DNA from: a virus
Taxonomy: Duplodnaviria; Caudoviricetes
Reading direction: 5' to 3' (one strand)
Virus record (IMG/VR): IMGVR_UViG_3300032218_002331
Span: 1 to 60,204 of that record
DNA: 60,204 bases
How positions within the stretch are numbered: position 1 is the stretch's first letter; every line of letters starts with the position of its first letter. A program made the translations under genes and the position numbers. The notes below the pieces were generated by a model. That model ran no database searches. It saw nothing but the letters and a program-made list of their open reading frames with translations, and was not told the DNA's origin. This document shows, piece by piece, positions 25,899-36,134 of this stretch.

Positions 25899-27223
25899 AT
25901 TTTTTCGCCTACTTCAAATCCCCTGAACCGTAAGAACCGTGGAAACCGCAAACTGTATGTACCGTCTTGGTTCCTGGTAACGGCATCTGCTCGCACTTCC
26001 ACGATCTGACCAAGTAAGGAATCACGTGAACTCCAAAAGTTATCACGGCCACTATCAGTAAAACCCGAACCCACGTTGACTCGAATATTTTTTCCGTCGT
26101 CGACTCCTTCGCATACAATCGCTCCAAGTCGTCCAATATTTCGTCCTGTTCCTTCTTCGACATCTACCACCTCTAACGATACTTCAATAAAAGGCTTTAA
26201 CTTGAGCCATGCTACACTGCGTTTACATTCGTATCCAGCTTCTGGATCTTTAATCATAATGCCTTCGTATCCACCTTCAATGGCTTTTTGGTTAATCTCT
26301 TTGAAACGCTTTTGACCTGCATCGGTATCAAGATCAACTAGTTCATGCCCAACAACTGTAACATTTGGCAACAGGTCTTTGTAAGTCTTGTGCCAGTAGT
26401 AGACCATATCACTACGAGTCGTTTGTGGTTTATTCCATTCACCTTTTTCAAAGTCTGCAAGTGGAATAACATCAAATAGATTCAGTACAGCATCGCCTGC
26501 TTCTACATTGTCCTTGCGGTGTACTTGCTTCATTAAGTCCTGAAAACTGCTAGACATAATCTCACCATCTAGTACAACATCTATATTGTTACTAGATCCG
26601 TGTGTTTTAACCACATTACTAATCTGTTCCACTATGTGAGGGAAGTTAGCAAGCTCTTTGCCGTTACGACTAAACATATCCACCCGACCGTCAGCACGAA
26701 CAATAGTAATGACACGTACACCGTCCAACTTAACTTCGATGAGTTTCTTACCCGAGACTTTGGATTCATGATTGGCACTATCATGAGCAAGCTGACAACC
26801 GAACACAGGTATAGAAAAGTCTGCATATTTCTTCTCCACAACTTTATTAATCGTTTTTTCACTTACTCCACAACGTAGATCCTTAATAAGGATGCGTCGA
26901 TACCAACCGTTCCACTCTGCCTTAGTGGCACTTTTCATCATCGAACTAATAACATCCCGTGCGGTGTTTCCGGTAACATTACGAGTGACAAAGCCAGTAA
27001 GAGCGAGAGTAAAACTATCCCAATCCAAGCCAGCACCATCTTCATCTTTCTTCTCCGGTATTTGTTTAAGTCCAAATGTGATCATAGGGTCTAGAGCCAG
27101 TCTACAACCTTCAAAGAATTCCTTATTACCTGCCTCAGCTTGGACAAGTATAATAGCTTCTTTATTCAAACGGCTAGGATGATTTTCCAAATCGGAAATA
27201 ACTTGATAGCAAAGATCGCTCAT
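25895..27223 (-). CDS. ATP-dependent DNA ligase
   Basis: KLDG (motif I), LDGE, EGIMIK, WLKLKP, VGSGF, SLRFPRF. Confidence 0.95.
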   Translation of the reverse strand: MSDLCYQVISDLENHPSRLNKEAIILVQAEAGNKEFFEGCRLALDPMITFGLKQIPEKKDEDGAGLDWDSFTLALTGFVTRNVTGNTARDVISSMMKSATKAEWNGWYRRILIKDLRCGVSEKTINKVVEKKYADFSIPVFGCQLAHDSANHESKVSGKKLIEVKLDGVRVITIVRADGRVDMFSRNGKELANFPHIVEQISNVVKTHGSSNNIDVVLDGEIMSSSFQDLMKQVHRKDNVEAGDAVLNLFDVIPLADFEKGEWNKPQTTRSDMVYYWHKTYKDLLPNVTVVGHELVDLDTDAGQKRFKEINQKAIEGGYEGIMIKDPEAGYECKRSVAWLKLKPFIEVSLEVVDVEEGTGRNIGRLGAIVCEGVDDGKNIRVNVGSGFTDSGRDNFWSSRDSLLGQIVEVRADAVTRNQDGTYSLRFPRFLRFRGFEVGEKI

Positions 27224-27254
27224 TTTAGACCTTAATAATAACTGTAATGTAGTT

Positions 27255-27283
27255 ATTATACAGTCTAGTTATCAGTATGTCAA
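27255..27283 (-). promoter_or_regulatory. sigma70-type early promoter
   Basis: TTGACA-17nt-TATAAT (perfect consensus). Confidence 0.85.
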
Positions 27284-28000
27284 GTGATTTGTGGTCTTAA
27301 ATGGCTTACCTATAAAGGCATATTCCAGTTGACTCATTATTTTACGCTTCATTTGGCGTACTTTGGGATGATCATGATTATACTCAAACGCTTTCATAAA
27401 ACGTCCCCAATCGTTTGGACGAACACGCTTTGGAACTTTGGCATCCATATATTCACTAATAGACTTTGGATCCCACCCAAACTTATCAATCATCATTTGG
27501 GCAATGTTGAAAGCGTGGGCACCCATTTCATCTCGATCGCCATAATATTCTTGTTGCTTGCGATCTTTGGCGTAGTAGGCTGTACTTTCGTAGCCCGGGA
27601 TGGGTTTGAAGTTACGAGCACGATGTTGTCTAGCGTGAATAATTTCGTGCAACATAATGTCGGCAAAAACTGTACAAATACGTTCCCAACGATAACTACT
27701 CATTTTCATAGTTTGTGCATCTGACGGGTATGCAAGTTGCACCTCGATAAATCGCTTTTTACCGGATTTGTCTTCGCCCGAATAATACACACCACCTAAC
27801 CAGAGTTCACCTTTTTTAACAGGGCTAAACTTTCCGCTGGTAACTTTAACAGGAAGATGATGTTTAATGTGTTTACTTAGAAGTTTAACAATTTGGCCAA
27901 TGGGTAATCGCTTGTCTACTAGCTCGTTTTTAAGCTCGTAGAGCATAGAGTACAGCGTTTCTCGATCTAAAAGAGACCAGTTGAATGGTTTGCGGGCCAT
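27272..28000 (-). CDS. Hypothetical zincin-like (HExxH) protein
   Basis: LHEIIHARQ...YYGDRDEMGA. Confidence 0.65.
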   Translation of the reverse strand: MARKPFNWSLLDRETLYSMLYELKNELVDKRLPIGQIVKLLSKHIKHHLPVKVTSGKFSPVKKGELWLGGVYYSGEDKSGKKRFIEVQLAYPSDAQTMKMSSYRWERICTVFADIMLHEIIHARQHRARNFKPIPGYESTAYYAKDRKQQEYYGDRDEMGAHAFNIAQMMIDKFGWDPKSISEYMDAKVPKRVRPNDWGRFMKAFEYNHDHPKVRQMKRKIMSQLEYAFIGKPFKTTNHLTY

Positions 28001-28058
28001 AGTACACTCCTAACATATCTATTTATAGTGTACTATAGCAAACCATTATATACGCACT

Positions 28059-28649
28059 TTATGGGCGTTTTGTTACGATTTCGTCAATCAATCCAAAATC
28101 TAGTGCTTCTTGCGCACTCATAAAGTTATCCCGTTCCATAGCTGTGTAAAACTCATCAAAAGTCTTGCCCTTGCTATTATGGGTAACATAAAGTTGGGTT
28201 AGATTTTGCTTCATTTTTAGGATCTCTTTTACTTGGATTTCCATATCTGTAGCTTGTCCGCCAGCACCACCGCTAGGCTGGTGAATCATATGGCGAGCAT
28301 TTGGAAGCATTTTTCGCTTGCCAGGTGCACCAGCAGTAGCCAACAAGCTACCCATACTACACGCTTGCCCCATAACGACAGTGGATACATCCGGTTTAAT
28401 AAACTGCATAGTATCGTAGATAGCCATACCAGCAGTGACAACACCGCCGGGACTATTAATAAAGAAAGTAATATCTTCATTACCTTGACTTTCCAAAAAT
28501 AGTAGTTGTGCTACTAACAAACTAGCACTATGTTCGTTAACATCTGTGTCCAGCATTACAATACGATCCTTAAGCAGTCGACTATAAATGTCGTAACTGC
28601 GTTCTCCACGAGCTTCTTGCTCAATAACCATTGGTACCAAGTTTGGCAT
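28059..28649 (-). CDS. clpP: ATP-dependent Clp protease proteolytic subunit
   Basis: [23 protein letters not shown] (catalytic Ser), [13 protein letters not shown]. Confidence 0.97.
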   Translation of the reverse strand: MPNLVPMVIEQEARGERSYDIYSRLLKDRIVMLDTDVNEHSASLLVAQLLFLESQGNEDITFFINSPGGVVTAGMAIYDTMQFIKPDVSTVVMGQACSMGSLLATAGAPGKRKMLPNARHMIHQPSGGAGGQATDMEIQVKEILKMKQNLTQLYVTHNSKGKTFDEFYTAMERDNFMSAQEALDFGLIDEIVTKRP

Positions 28650-28864
28650 TACATCTCCATTTTTAAAGTAAATTCTGGGTCGTGTTGGCTAAGATAAAAA
28701 CTAGCCAACTTAAACATTGTACGAGCATGTTCAATATCGTGCGGAACAATAATGCGTTCGCCTTCTCGCAACTGACGTAACTCTTCTGCGTCTTGCAATG
28801 CTTGACGCTCCATGGCTTCATAGTCTTGAGCCATTTCCATTAGTTCGATTTCGTTATACATCAT
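28649..28864 (-). CDS. Hypothetical protein
   Basis: 71-aa coupled ORF. Confidence 0.6.
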   Translation of the reverse strand: MMYNEIELMEMAQDYEAMERQALQDAEELRQLREGERIIVPHDIEHARTMFKLASFYLSQHDPEFTLKMEM

Positions 28865-29271
28865 TCATCTCTCAGTTGACGTTGATATAACTCTAGCTGA
28901 TCAATAAGATTTTGTACACCTTGATAGTTCATAGTAAGTGTAGTATAACCCATTCGCATGGTAACACGATTGTCATCAGTGTGACCAATACTGTAGTAAG
29001 TAGTTGGATCCTTTTCCTTAGGAGCAGGAGGTTCAACTGCCTTAGGAGCAGGAAACGGTAGTACATTTTCGGGCATTTTGTTCTTCTTAAACAAATCAAA
29101 CATTGTAGGCTCCATATTAAAATAGCGAGCAACCGGCGGACACCAAAGCGGCACACTAAGAGCCAGTACAAATCCTAGTGTAGCAAGTTCGGGACGATCA
29201 TAATGCGTGAACGCAAGATACATACCTACCCAGAATAGATAGTATCCGCCAGTACGACCAAACAGTTTCAT
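28861..29271 (-). CDS. Hypothetical membrane protein
   Basis: N-terminal hydrophobic segments. Confidence 0.6.
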   Translation of the reverse strand: MKLFGRTGGYYLFWVGMYLAFTHYDRPELATLGFVLALSVPLWCPPVARYFNMEPTMFDLFKKNKMPENVLPFPAPKAVEPPAPKEKDPTTYYSIGHTDDNRVTMRMGYTTLTMNYQGVQNLIDQLELYQRQLRDE

Positions 29272-29492
29272 TTTACAAAATCGTACGAGCGTTCAAAGAT
29301 TGGGCCATCACAAATATACAACTCACCGTCGATGCCGCGCATTAGGTAGTCACCGGGTTTGCCTTGTTTGTAATCACCTTCTAGTGTATTAACACGAAAC
29401 GCTTCATCGATAAGTTTTGCGTGAACTACAATAGGGCGTTTCACACATGGTTGCATATCTACGACTTCTTCGAATGTATCAAAGGTTTTCAT
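29268..29492 (-). CDS. PGDYG-like small protein
   Basis: TLEG...GKPGDYLMRGIDGELY. Confidence 0.75.
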   Translation of the reverse strand: MKTFDTFEEVVDMQPCVKRPIVVHAKLIDEAFRVNTLEGDYKQGKPGDYLMRGIDGELYICDGPIFERSYDFVK

Positions 29493-30046
29493 TGTCTTTC
29501 CATTTCTTTAAATGCTTCTGGAGCACGGCTAGCCGCAATTTCTCGCTGACGAGCGGCTTCTTTTGCTTTACGCAATACATTGGCATCACCAGTAGGTAGT
29601 GCTACAAGAACATAAGTTCTATAGCGTGGCCCTTCGGAAATGCGTTTAATTTCTCTAACTTCTACACCAGTAAGGTCAACAGTCTTACAAGAAGTTTTAA
29701 TAGCCAACTCACTCATTTCTGTACTAGTAGCTTCAGAATCTGTTTTATAGATTTTCATTTGTTGGCTAGCAGTACCGCCAGCGGCCATACAAATTTTACC
29801 GTATGCCATAGATTTGGCTTTCATATCGGCCATCATAAAATCAGAACTTACACCTGTGCCTGCTTCAAACACCGCAGAGTTGCTAGTAGGAATCTTAGTC
29901 ATCCATTCAGGTGCTTTGTCGATCGAACGTTCAACATATCGTTCTTGACGTTCGCGTTCAGCATCGGCACGTTTAGCATACTGATCAGTCGTTCCGCAAG
30001 CAGTTAATACTGCAACGATTGGCAATGCAATAAAAATCTTTTTCAT
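29489..30046 (-). CDS. Lipoprotein (LPP20-like)
   Basis: Lipobox LTAC; 'APEWM' motif. Confidence 0.75.
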   Translation of the reverse strand: MKKIFIALPIVAVLTACGTTDQYAKRADAERERQERYVERSIDKAPEWMTKIPTSNSAVFEAGTGVSSDFMMADMKAKSMAYGKICMAAGGTASQQMKIYKTDSEATSTEMSELAIKTSCKTVDLTGVEVREIKRISEGPRYRTYVLVALPTGDANVLRKAKEAARQREIAASRAPEAFKEMERQ

Positions 30047-30168
30047 TATTTTCCACCCATCTTTTCTTTAGTCCATTCGGCGGTTGACGAAATGTCTTTA
30101 CCAAGTCCCGAAACTGTTGAACATGCGGCCAATGTACCGGCCAAAATAAGTACTACAAAAGTTTTCAT
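30046..30168 (-). CDS. Entericidin EcnA/B-like small lipoprotein (40 aa)
   Basis: Hand translation MKTFVVLILAGTLAACSTVSGLGKDISSTAEWTKEKMGGK; lipobox LAAC plus CxTxxGxGxDI. Confidence 0.7.
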   Translation of the reverse strand: MKTFVVLILAGTLAACSTVSGLGKDISSTAEWTKEKMGGK

Positions 30169-30293
30169 TTTGCCAACTCCTGACTCTGTGTTTTAACTGT
30201 GTCTACGCCTTTGTCCAACATTCTAGCAATACCGGAAAAACCGACAGTTGCTAGGACTAGTCCAAAAACTGTGCCTATAATAAATGCTTTCAT
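30165..30293 (-). CDS. Small membrane protein (42 aa)
   Basis: MKAFIIGTVFGLVLATVGFSGIARMLDKGVDTVKTQSQELAK; ATGA coupling on both sides. Confidence 0.7.
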   Translation of the reverse strand: MKAFIIGTVFGLVLATVGFSGIARMLDKGVDTVKTQSQELAK

Positions 30294-30484
30294 TTTTCCA
30301 CCTTGGTCTCGATAATAATTTCGTTACGTTTGCGGTTTTCTTCACGCCATTTGTCTAAGTTAGCACGTACCCGTAACGGCTTGCTTACTTCGGATGACGC
30401 TGGTTGAGTCGGTTGCTCAGGCACTGTTTCGGAAAGTGCAAAGCCTGCCGCAAAACCAAAAATAATAGAAAAAATGACTTTCAT
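30290..30484 (-). CDS. Small secreted/membrane hypothetical protein
   Basis: Signal-like N-terminus. Confidence 0.65.
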   Translation of the reverse strand: MKVIFSIIFGFAAGFALSETVPEQPTQPASSEVSKPLRVRANLDKWREENRKRNEIIIETKVEK

Positions 30485-30514
30485 AACTGCCTCTCTGTGT
30501 GTTAATGTATATGT

Positions 30515-30543
30515 ATTGTAGCTTATTGAGCTCTAGATGTCAA
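30515..30543 (-). promoter_or_regulatory. sigma70-type early promoter
   Basis: TTGACA-17nt-TACAAT. Confidence 0.8.
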
Positions 30544-30551
30544 TACTCGAT

Positions 30552-30953
30552 CTAGCCATTTATTGTATCTCTGTGCCTACAGGTAATATTGGCTTCTGTC
30601 TTAAAGTCGCCACCAATGTCCAAAAGAAGATTTTTTCGAGCCCGTTCTTTGGCATAGTAGCATAGACTGGGTATTTGTTGCCAACCTGTTTCTGTTTCGG
30701 TTAGGTGATACTTTTGTCCATTTACAGTAAGATCAAAGTTTACAGTACATCTCCCATTTAGATCAATATCAGTTACTAGATTTTGAATGTCGCTAACTTG
30801 GAGCTTAGTAACATGGTTACTAGAAGTTTCAACTTCACAGCCTTCGGGCTTGGCTTCTTGTATTACTACAACTTCTTTGATTACAGATATTTTTTCAGGT
30901 CTTGGACCGCAACCTACTAATGTTAATACCAAAATTAAAAGTAGTTGTTTCAT
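30552..30953 (-). CDS. Hypothetical lipoprotein
   Basis: Lipobox LVGC. Confidence 0.65.
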   Translation of the reverse strand: MKQLLLILVLTLVGCGPRPEKISVIKEVVVIQEAKPEGCEVETSSNHVTKLQVSDIQNLVTDIDLNGRCTVNFDLTVNGQKYHLTETETGWQQIPSLCYYAKERARKNLLLDIGGDFKTEANITCRHRDTING

Positions 30954-31396
30954 TGATATTTCTCGTCTAACTCAACATTAGTAAGACTTGCAACAGTTTG
31001 GAACTTGTCCCAAGCGGCTTTTGCGGCAGGATTAGATTCTAACTCACTATTTGGTAATACTGCTTCTAACCAAATTTCTGGGCGGCGACGAGGATATGCT
31101 CCAAACTTTCGGGGTTGGTGAAACTTGCCCTGCTCCCAGAGTTCAATACTTACACTACGGAATAAGTCTTCTTGCTCATCGGTATAGCCAAACCACTCCG
31201 GATTACTACCACCAAACAATCCATACCCTGATTGTGGTGCGGATCCACCAGCATAGCCTTCCCAAATACCTCGCCATTGTTCATCATCATGCGGATCAAA
31301 ATCTGTACGAGCAATAATGACTAAGACATCGTCAATGTCTACCTTGCCGTCAACAATGTCTCGAACACATCTGCTATAACTAAGACCGATTTTCAT
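30950..31396 (-). CDS. Conserved hypothetical phage protein
   Basis: MKIGLSYSRCVRDI...GKFHQPR. Confidence 0.75.
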   Translation of the reverse strand: MKIGLSYSRCVRDIVDGKVDIDDVLVIIARTDFDPHDDEQWRGIWEGYAGGSAPQSGYGLFGGSNPEWFGYTDEQEDLFRSVSIELWEQGKFHQPRKFGAYPRRRPEIWLEAVLPNSELESNPAAKAAWDKFQTVASLTNVELDEKYQ

Positions 31397-31725
31397 ACAA
31401 TAAGACTCTCATCTTTAGGGGTTTTAAATACATTTTGTCCACAACGTCTAATAGCATCTGCCAACGCTTGTGATGCTTCTTCCGAATAAATTTTAAGTTC
31501 TTCTAAACTGATTTCACTTTCAAATGCCCATATCTCAGGAAATCTTTGCGGATTTGCCCTTGCTCTTAGTATAGCATGTCTTGGTATAGGAAAGTCAACC
31601 TTCTTGTCACCTTTTAATACAGCCCAAAACTTTTTCTTTTCGTAGTCAGTGACATTAAAGATCCATTCAAATCCCAGGGTATCAAAATATGCCATATAAG
31701 CATTAGTGACTTTTTTCCTTGCCAT
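31393..31725 (-). CDS. Hypothetical protein
   Basis: LRARANPQRFPEIW. Confidence 0.7.
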   Translation of the reverse strand: MARKKVTNAYMAYFDTLGFEWIFNVTDYEKKKFWAVLKGDKKVDFPIPRHAILRARANPQRFPEIWAFESEISLEELKIYSEEASQALADAIRRCGQNVFKTPKDESLIV

Positions 31726-31726
31726 T

Positions 31727-31975
31727 TTAACCTCTAATACCAGTTTGTGTAAAAGTTACTTCTGGACCGTTAGATTCTACATCCATACCAGCACTACGAC
31801 CTTCATAGCACCTTCCGTTCCATTTAAGTTTTAATTTTACACTCTTATTCAGGATAACGTCAAGTACATTTTCAAAAATAAACTGATCTACAACAGCTTC
31901 AACCGATTTTGAACTTTTTGCTATTTTTACTTGACACGTATCACTGTGTCGAATCATCATGCTCATTTGTCTCAC
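31727..31975 (-). CDS. Hypothetical protein
   Basis: About 80-aa ORF in operon. Confidence 0.6.
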   Translation of the reverse strand: MRQMSMMIRHSDTCQVKIAKSSKSVEAVVDQFIFENVLDVILNKSVKLKLKWNGRCYEGRSAGMDVESNGPEVTFTQTGIRG

Positions 31976-32258
31976 CTAAAGTAAACATTACACTCTTAAC
32001 GCTATCCCATCGAAAACTTTTCCAATGCTTTGCTTCTAGATCGTAAACTGGCATTACATCCTCATTTACTTTCTTTTCACGTTTTGGCTCTGCGCCTTCT
32101 ACAACAGATTCTTGTGGCACAAGATTAATATTGGTTGTGCATTTCATTACACGTTCAGTACCGTCCTTTTTGGTAAATGTAACAGTTACTTCACCAAAAC
32201 GAAGATGACTCTTAAGCCATTTTTTAAATAGCTTAAAGTCTTTTTCACTTAACATCAT
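31941..32258 (-). CDS. SH3/Sm-like beta-barrel phage protein (WYL_2/DUF2693-like)
   Basis: VTFTKKDGTERVMKCT...VYDLEAKHWKSFRWD. Confidence 0.8.
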   Translation of the reverse strand: MMLSEKDFKLFKKWLKSHLRFGEVTVTFTKKDGTERVMKCTTNINLVPQESVVEGAEPKREKKVNEDVMPVYDLEAKHWKSFRWDSVKSVMFTLGETNEHDDSTQ

Positions 32259-32400
32259 TTGAAAACCTGGATTTAAGTTCAGCATTCTCTGTTTCCAATC
32301 GTTGAATATGTTCTGCCAATCGAATCATTAAATCATAAAGATTGCTGGCTGTACTTTTTGTTGCCACTACTAAATCAAATTCTTGAGAGTTTTCTGTCAT
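32245..32400 (-). CDS. Small coiled-coil hypothetical protein (51 aa)
   Basis: Hand translation MTENSQEFDLVVATKSTASNLYDLMIRLAEHIQRLETENAELKSRFSNDVK fills the gap. Confidence 0.6.
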   Translation of the reverse strand: MTENSQEFDLVVATKSTASNLYDLMIRLAEHIQRLETENAELKSRFSNDVK

Positions 32401-32401
32401 G

Positions 32402-32689
32402 TTATTTTCCTATGTGTTTAATATGTTTGAATAGATCTTTTTTGTCCTTTGGAGCCCAAAATCTACCTTCTTTACCGCAGTTGGATTTATCGCTAGCCCA
32501 TTCATGCCTAGCCATAGTACACCTTTGATAATGTGCTTCTTCTTTTTTAGGCCCTGTTACTAGATCTTCTTTGATTGTTTCCGGAACAAATGCCAGCCGG
32601 CATCGAAGTGCAATGTTTTTTGGAATCCACCAATCACCGAGTGGTCTAAATGCGTGTTTACAATCGTTGCATAAAATCAGATCAGTCAT
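32402..32689 (-). CDS. Cys-rich hypothetical protein
   Basis: CNDCKH...C...C...CGKEG. Confidence 0.65.
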   Translation of the reverse strand: MTDLILCNDCKHAFRPLGDWWIPKNIALRCRLAFVPETIKEDLVTGPKKEEAHYQRCTMARHEWASDKSNCGKEGRFWAPKDKKDLFKHIKHIGK

Positions 32690-32907
32690 ACTATTTTTCC
32701 TAGCCCTAACCAAATAAGTTGATCTAGTTCTTCTTGGTAATCTTTACCAAGCCTACGTTTTTGATATATGGCTTCGAGTACATCCTTACCGTCACCGTAG
32801 TCTGTTGCTCCGGCCCCACGACTTTCAAGTTCTTCTATTAGATCATCTGTATCAAAATCTGCTAGATCAACATCAACTTCAACTTCGGTATAAACAGTCT
32901 TATACAT
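32686..32907 (-). CDS. Hypothetical protein
   Basis: VDLADFDTDDLIEELESRG. Confidence 0.7.
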   Translation of the reverse strand: MYKTVYTEVEVDVDLADFDTDDLIEELESRGAGATDYGDGKDVLEAIYQKRRLGKDYQEELDQLIWLGLGKIV

Positions 32908-33361
32908 TATGTTCCTTAGTTAGTTCTGCAATCAATAAAAAACGTTCGTATGCTTTACGAACACTGGGATTAGCCAATAGTTTGTCAGCTTCTTCCATCA
33001 TGGCTTTTACACCAGCCTCTGCACAATCATGGACACTAAGCCCATGTAGGGTACATAGATCGTCACCGAACTCTTTGGCTAACTTTTCCCAAGCCTTTTT
33101 TTGACCTGGTGTAATAGGAGTTGACTGCGGACGAAGCTCTGATGCTTTACTAATAGCCTTGCAGATAGCGTCCTCAGCAACTCGCCCAGCCGCAATCATC
33201 GCGGCATAGTTAGGTTCCACGTTAAACCTACGGGATACTCCCCCGGGGTAACACATGACCAAGTGATTACCTTTAGGGAAACTATCCAAAAGATCACTAT
33301 CATACTCAGATATAGGATAATACCTTTTACCTCTTTTTTCATAGAATACCTTTTTTGTCAT
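32900..33361 (-). CDS. Hypothetical protein
   Basis: 153-aa coupled ORF. Confidence 0.7.
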   Translation of the reverse strand: MTKKVFYEKRGKRYYPISEYDSDLLDSFPKGNHLVMCYPGGVSRRFNVEPNYAAMIAAGRVAEDAICKAISKASELRPQSTPITPGQKKAWEKLAKEFGDDLCTLHGLSVHDCAEAGVKAMMEEADKLLANPSVRKAYERFLLIAELTKEHNV

Positions 33362-34218
33362 AGTTCTAATACAATGTTAGGGTTCCAGCCAGTGTCTTCA
33401 CTGTAACCATCGTTTTCGTAACCACGTGGGTTACATACAACTCTAGTTTCACCAATCTTGTAATCAAACGGATGATGAGTGTGTCCGTGTGTCCACAAAA
33501 CAATCTGCGGGTGATCTAAAATGAACTCACTCAAGTCACTATGGTATCCACCATTCATTAGTGTTTCATGAGCGTAGCTTGGATGTACACTTTGGAAACT
33601 TGGACTATGATGCCCAACTACTACACACTTTTTGTCTTTGTGTTCTTGAACAATCAGTTTGATGTAGGCAAGAGTCTTGTCATGCCGAATGGCAACATCT
33701 AACGCACTCATAGCCGCATAACTTCTATAGTCGTTGCGGATGATACGGAAGTCGTTCATCATACCTTCAATGGCATGCATTGTAAGTGGATCACGTTTGT
33801 TCATGTTAGTCCAAAGTGTTCCACCGACAAATACAATGTCATCGATGATCTTCGTGTCTTGTTCCAACATATACACATTGGGAAACTTAGCGCACTCTTC
33901 GCGCATGTAATCAATACCGGCATAGAACTTGCCATTGTAAAACTCATGATTGCCCATAATGTAGATAACATGCGGGAACTGAAAACTACAACGTTTGAGA
34001 AAGTCACGGAACCTTTGAGCACGTTCTTGTCTACGACCTAACCCAGTGCCATTAGCAATAGCCCGTTGATCGGCTGTATTACTCACCTCTGGATGGTCGT
34101 GGAGATCCTGAGCGACCATAATGTCACCACCTAAGATCAAAACGTCATAGTTATTGTCGTTTTGAATGTTAATATCACTGAACTCTAAATGGAGGTCACT
34201 GACTAGTTTGATTCTCAT
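33358..34218 (-). CDS. Calcineurin-like metallophosphoesterase
   Basis: SDLHLE, GD, GNHE, HH, HGHTH. Confidence 0.92.
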   Translation of the reverse strand: MRIKLVSDLHLEFSDINIQNDNNYDVLILGGDIMVAQDLHDHPEVSNTADQRAIANGTGLGRRQERAQRFRDFLKRCSFQFPHVIYIMGNHEFYNGKFYAGIDYMREECAKFPNVYMLEQDTKIIDDIVFVGGTLWTNMNKRDPLTMHAIEGMMNDFRIIRNDYRSYAAMSALDVAIRHDKTLAYIKLIVQEHKDKKCVVVGHHSPSFQSVHPSYAHETLMNGGYHSDLSEFILDHPQIVLWTHGHTHHPFDYKIGETRVVCNPRGYENDGYSEDTGWNPNIVLEL

Positions 34219-34797
34219 TTAATCCTCTATAGGAAATTTTGGTAAAGTTTCATCTTTCCATTTCTGGACGTCTTCTTTATTATACTCGCCTTTGTTTACT
34301 TTGTCAATAAATTCTTTTAACATTTTGTTCATCCAATCATTGAATGTCATGTTTTCAGAGTGTGCGCATTTAAAAGCAAACATCAACAAATCGTCCGGCA
34401 AATCGATTGGAACACTTATATCAGTGCTATAATCCTCACCTGCCGCAATAGCCAAACACTTTTGAATAAAGTCGTCATCTACTTCAAGATCAACATAGTT
34501 AACATCATCCCACGCTTCGTCTTTATCAACATCTCGACGTTTGGCTTCTTTACGCATTTTCTTTTGGAAGTCTGGGTTAACCATTCGATAAGCACGTTGA
34601 TAAACGTAATCGTGCGCCTGTACTTCGTATACAGTTTGATCTTTAGTATCAAAGATGATAGTAAAGCTGTGACCGTCTTGTTCGCCGTTCCATGAATCTA
34701 GCATGTAGGCATCAGGCCCATAACATTGCCAACCGTAGTTACCACCTTCAGTAATGCGGTAGTTAACTAACTCCATCCATTCTTTCATAGTAATCAT
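34219..34797 (-). CDS. Conserved hypothetical phage protein
   Basis: 192-aa ORF. Confidence 0.7.
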   Translation of the reverse strand: MITMKEWMELVNYRITEGGNYGWQCYGPDAYMLDSWNGEQDGHSFTIIFDTKDQTVYEVQAHDYVYQRAYRMVNPDFQKKMRKEAKRRDVDKDEAWDDVNYVDLEVDDDFIQKCLAIAAGEDYSTDISVPIDLPDDLLMFAFKCAHSENMTFNDWMNKMLKEFIDKVNKGEYNKEDVQKWKDETLPKFPIED

Positions 34798-35429
34798 TGT
34801 TCGTGTCCTTGTTTAAGTAGTTTTTTAAACTCGTATTCTTCTAGTTGTTTAGTACGTTCAGCTTCACGCTGTTCATCGCACGGTTTGCATATTGTACGCA
34901 CCCATCCGCCAATACCGCCATTTTCAGATTTTGGCCAGTTTGTTTCGGCGTAAGCACCACAACGTTCGCAGGTTACACCTGACATTGATTCAGCCATACG
35001 CACCATACCATCAATAACATCATCGCCACCGGTGTAGTAAAAACGCAATGTACCAAACTTTTCTTTAACTTGATCTAATACCACTTGCGGAACAGGTTCG
35101 GGTACAAACCTTGGGGATTCTTCTAAGATTTCAACCATCCGTTGTTCAACAACATTTGGAAGGTATGATTTGTAGTAATCATTGAACAATCTAAAATCAC
35201 CGTGTTTACAATCTTCAATCATTTGATTGTACTCTAATGCACGTTCCCTACTTTCATTCCGCCAATCGATATGATGTTGGATATTACCCATAAGTTGATT
35301 AAGAATATTATACCAGCCATCACCACACTCGAAGCCCCAACACATACAAGTTTCTTGCATGGGCTTATGACGGTTGACCATCATCTTAGGATACTTCTCA
35401 CATAGCAATGCGTCTAGTTCTTGTTTCAT
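34794..35429 (-). CDS. Conserved hypothetical phage protein
   Basis: ECGDGW...QVKEKFGTLRFY...CERCG...C. Confidence 0.75.
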   Translation of the reverse strand: MKQELDALLCEKYPKMMVNRHKPMQETCMCWGFECGDGWYNILNQLMGNIQHHIDWRNESRERALEYNQMIEDCKHGDFRLFNDYYKSYLPNVVEQRMVEILEESPRFVPEPVPQVVLDQVKEKFGTLRFYYTGGDDVIDGMVRMAESMSGVTCERCGAYAETNWPKSENGGIGGWVRTICKPCDEQREAERTKQLEEYEFKKLLKQGHEQ

Positions 35430-36133
35430 TGTGCCGCCTTTACATAGTTAAGTCTGGTAACATCATTTTGATGCTTCCAATGTTTTGTATGATCCTTGAC
35501 CTTTGCTTTTACTATAACGCAAGCGCCAATGTTCAAGGCTGTCTTGTTGATCCAAGATGCCATTTTATTGTTTATTATAGCATCTATGTTGTATCCTTCA
35601 AAGTTTTTTGACTTAACTGAAGAAAGGATTTCTGCATCTAAATCTTTGAGTTGGATTCCAACTTCTCCTAGATATCCCTCGTCAACTTTTCTTGACGCTT
35701 TTTTAACTGCATTTTGTATTTTATCTCTAGCGTACACACTAGGCAAACAGGCCACATAGCCAAACTGATTAGTTTTAACCGACTCAGTGTTTAGAATACT
35801 ATTAATGCTAGTTTGAAAATCATTCTCACCTTCAATAGCGGCAAACAACAATCTCTTGTAATAAGTTTTGATTTCCTCTGCAAGCAATATATCTTCGGGC
35901 AAAATACGCAACGGTAGCGGTGCTTCTTTTGGATCAGCAGTCCAAGCTGTGTGATCTAATGTATACATCATGAGTAGTTTATTACTATGCTTATGATACA
36001 GTAGTTGTATTTTACCATCAGGGGTTTGATCAGTATACACGGGAATAATAAGCTCTTTCTGATACTCTCCGTTAACTCGTTGAGCCGCACAGGCCAGCTC
36101 AAGAACCTGTTGTATAGGAAACTCTGTTAGCAT
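35426..36133 (-). CDS. Hypothetical protein (possible C-terminal OB-like fold)
   Basis: ...KAKVKDH...TRLNYVK. Confidence 0.65.
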   Translation of the reverse strand: MLTEFPIQQVLELACAAQRVNGEYQKELIIPVYTDQTPDGKIQLLYHKHSNKLLMMYTLDHTAWTADPKEAPLPLRILPEDILLAEEIKTYYKRLLFAAIEGENDFQTSINSILNTESVKTNQFGYVACLPSVYARDKIQNAVKKASRKVDEGYLGEVGIQLKDLDAEILSSVKSKNFEGYNIDAIINNKMASWINKTALNIGACVIVKAKVKDHTKHWKHQNDVTRLNYVKAAQ

Positions 36134-36134
36134 G

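Noticed and set aside
30950-31396. CVRD motif as another phycobiliprotein-like module
   Set aside because: Motif sits at the extreme N-terminus without the preceding helix or the downstream D/YGG pattern; likely coincidental
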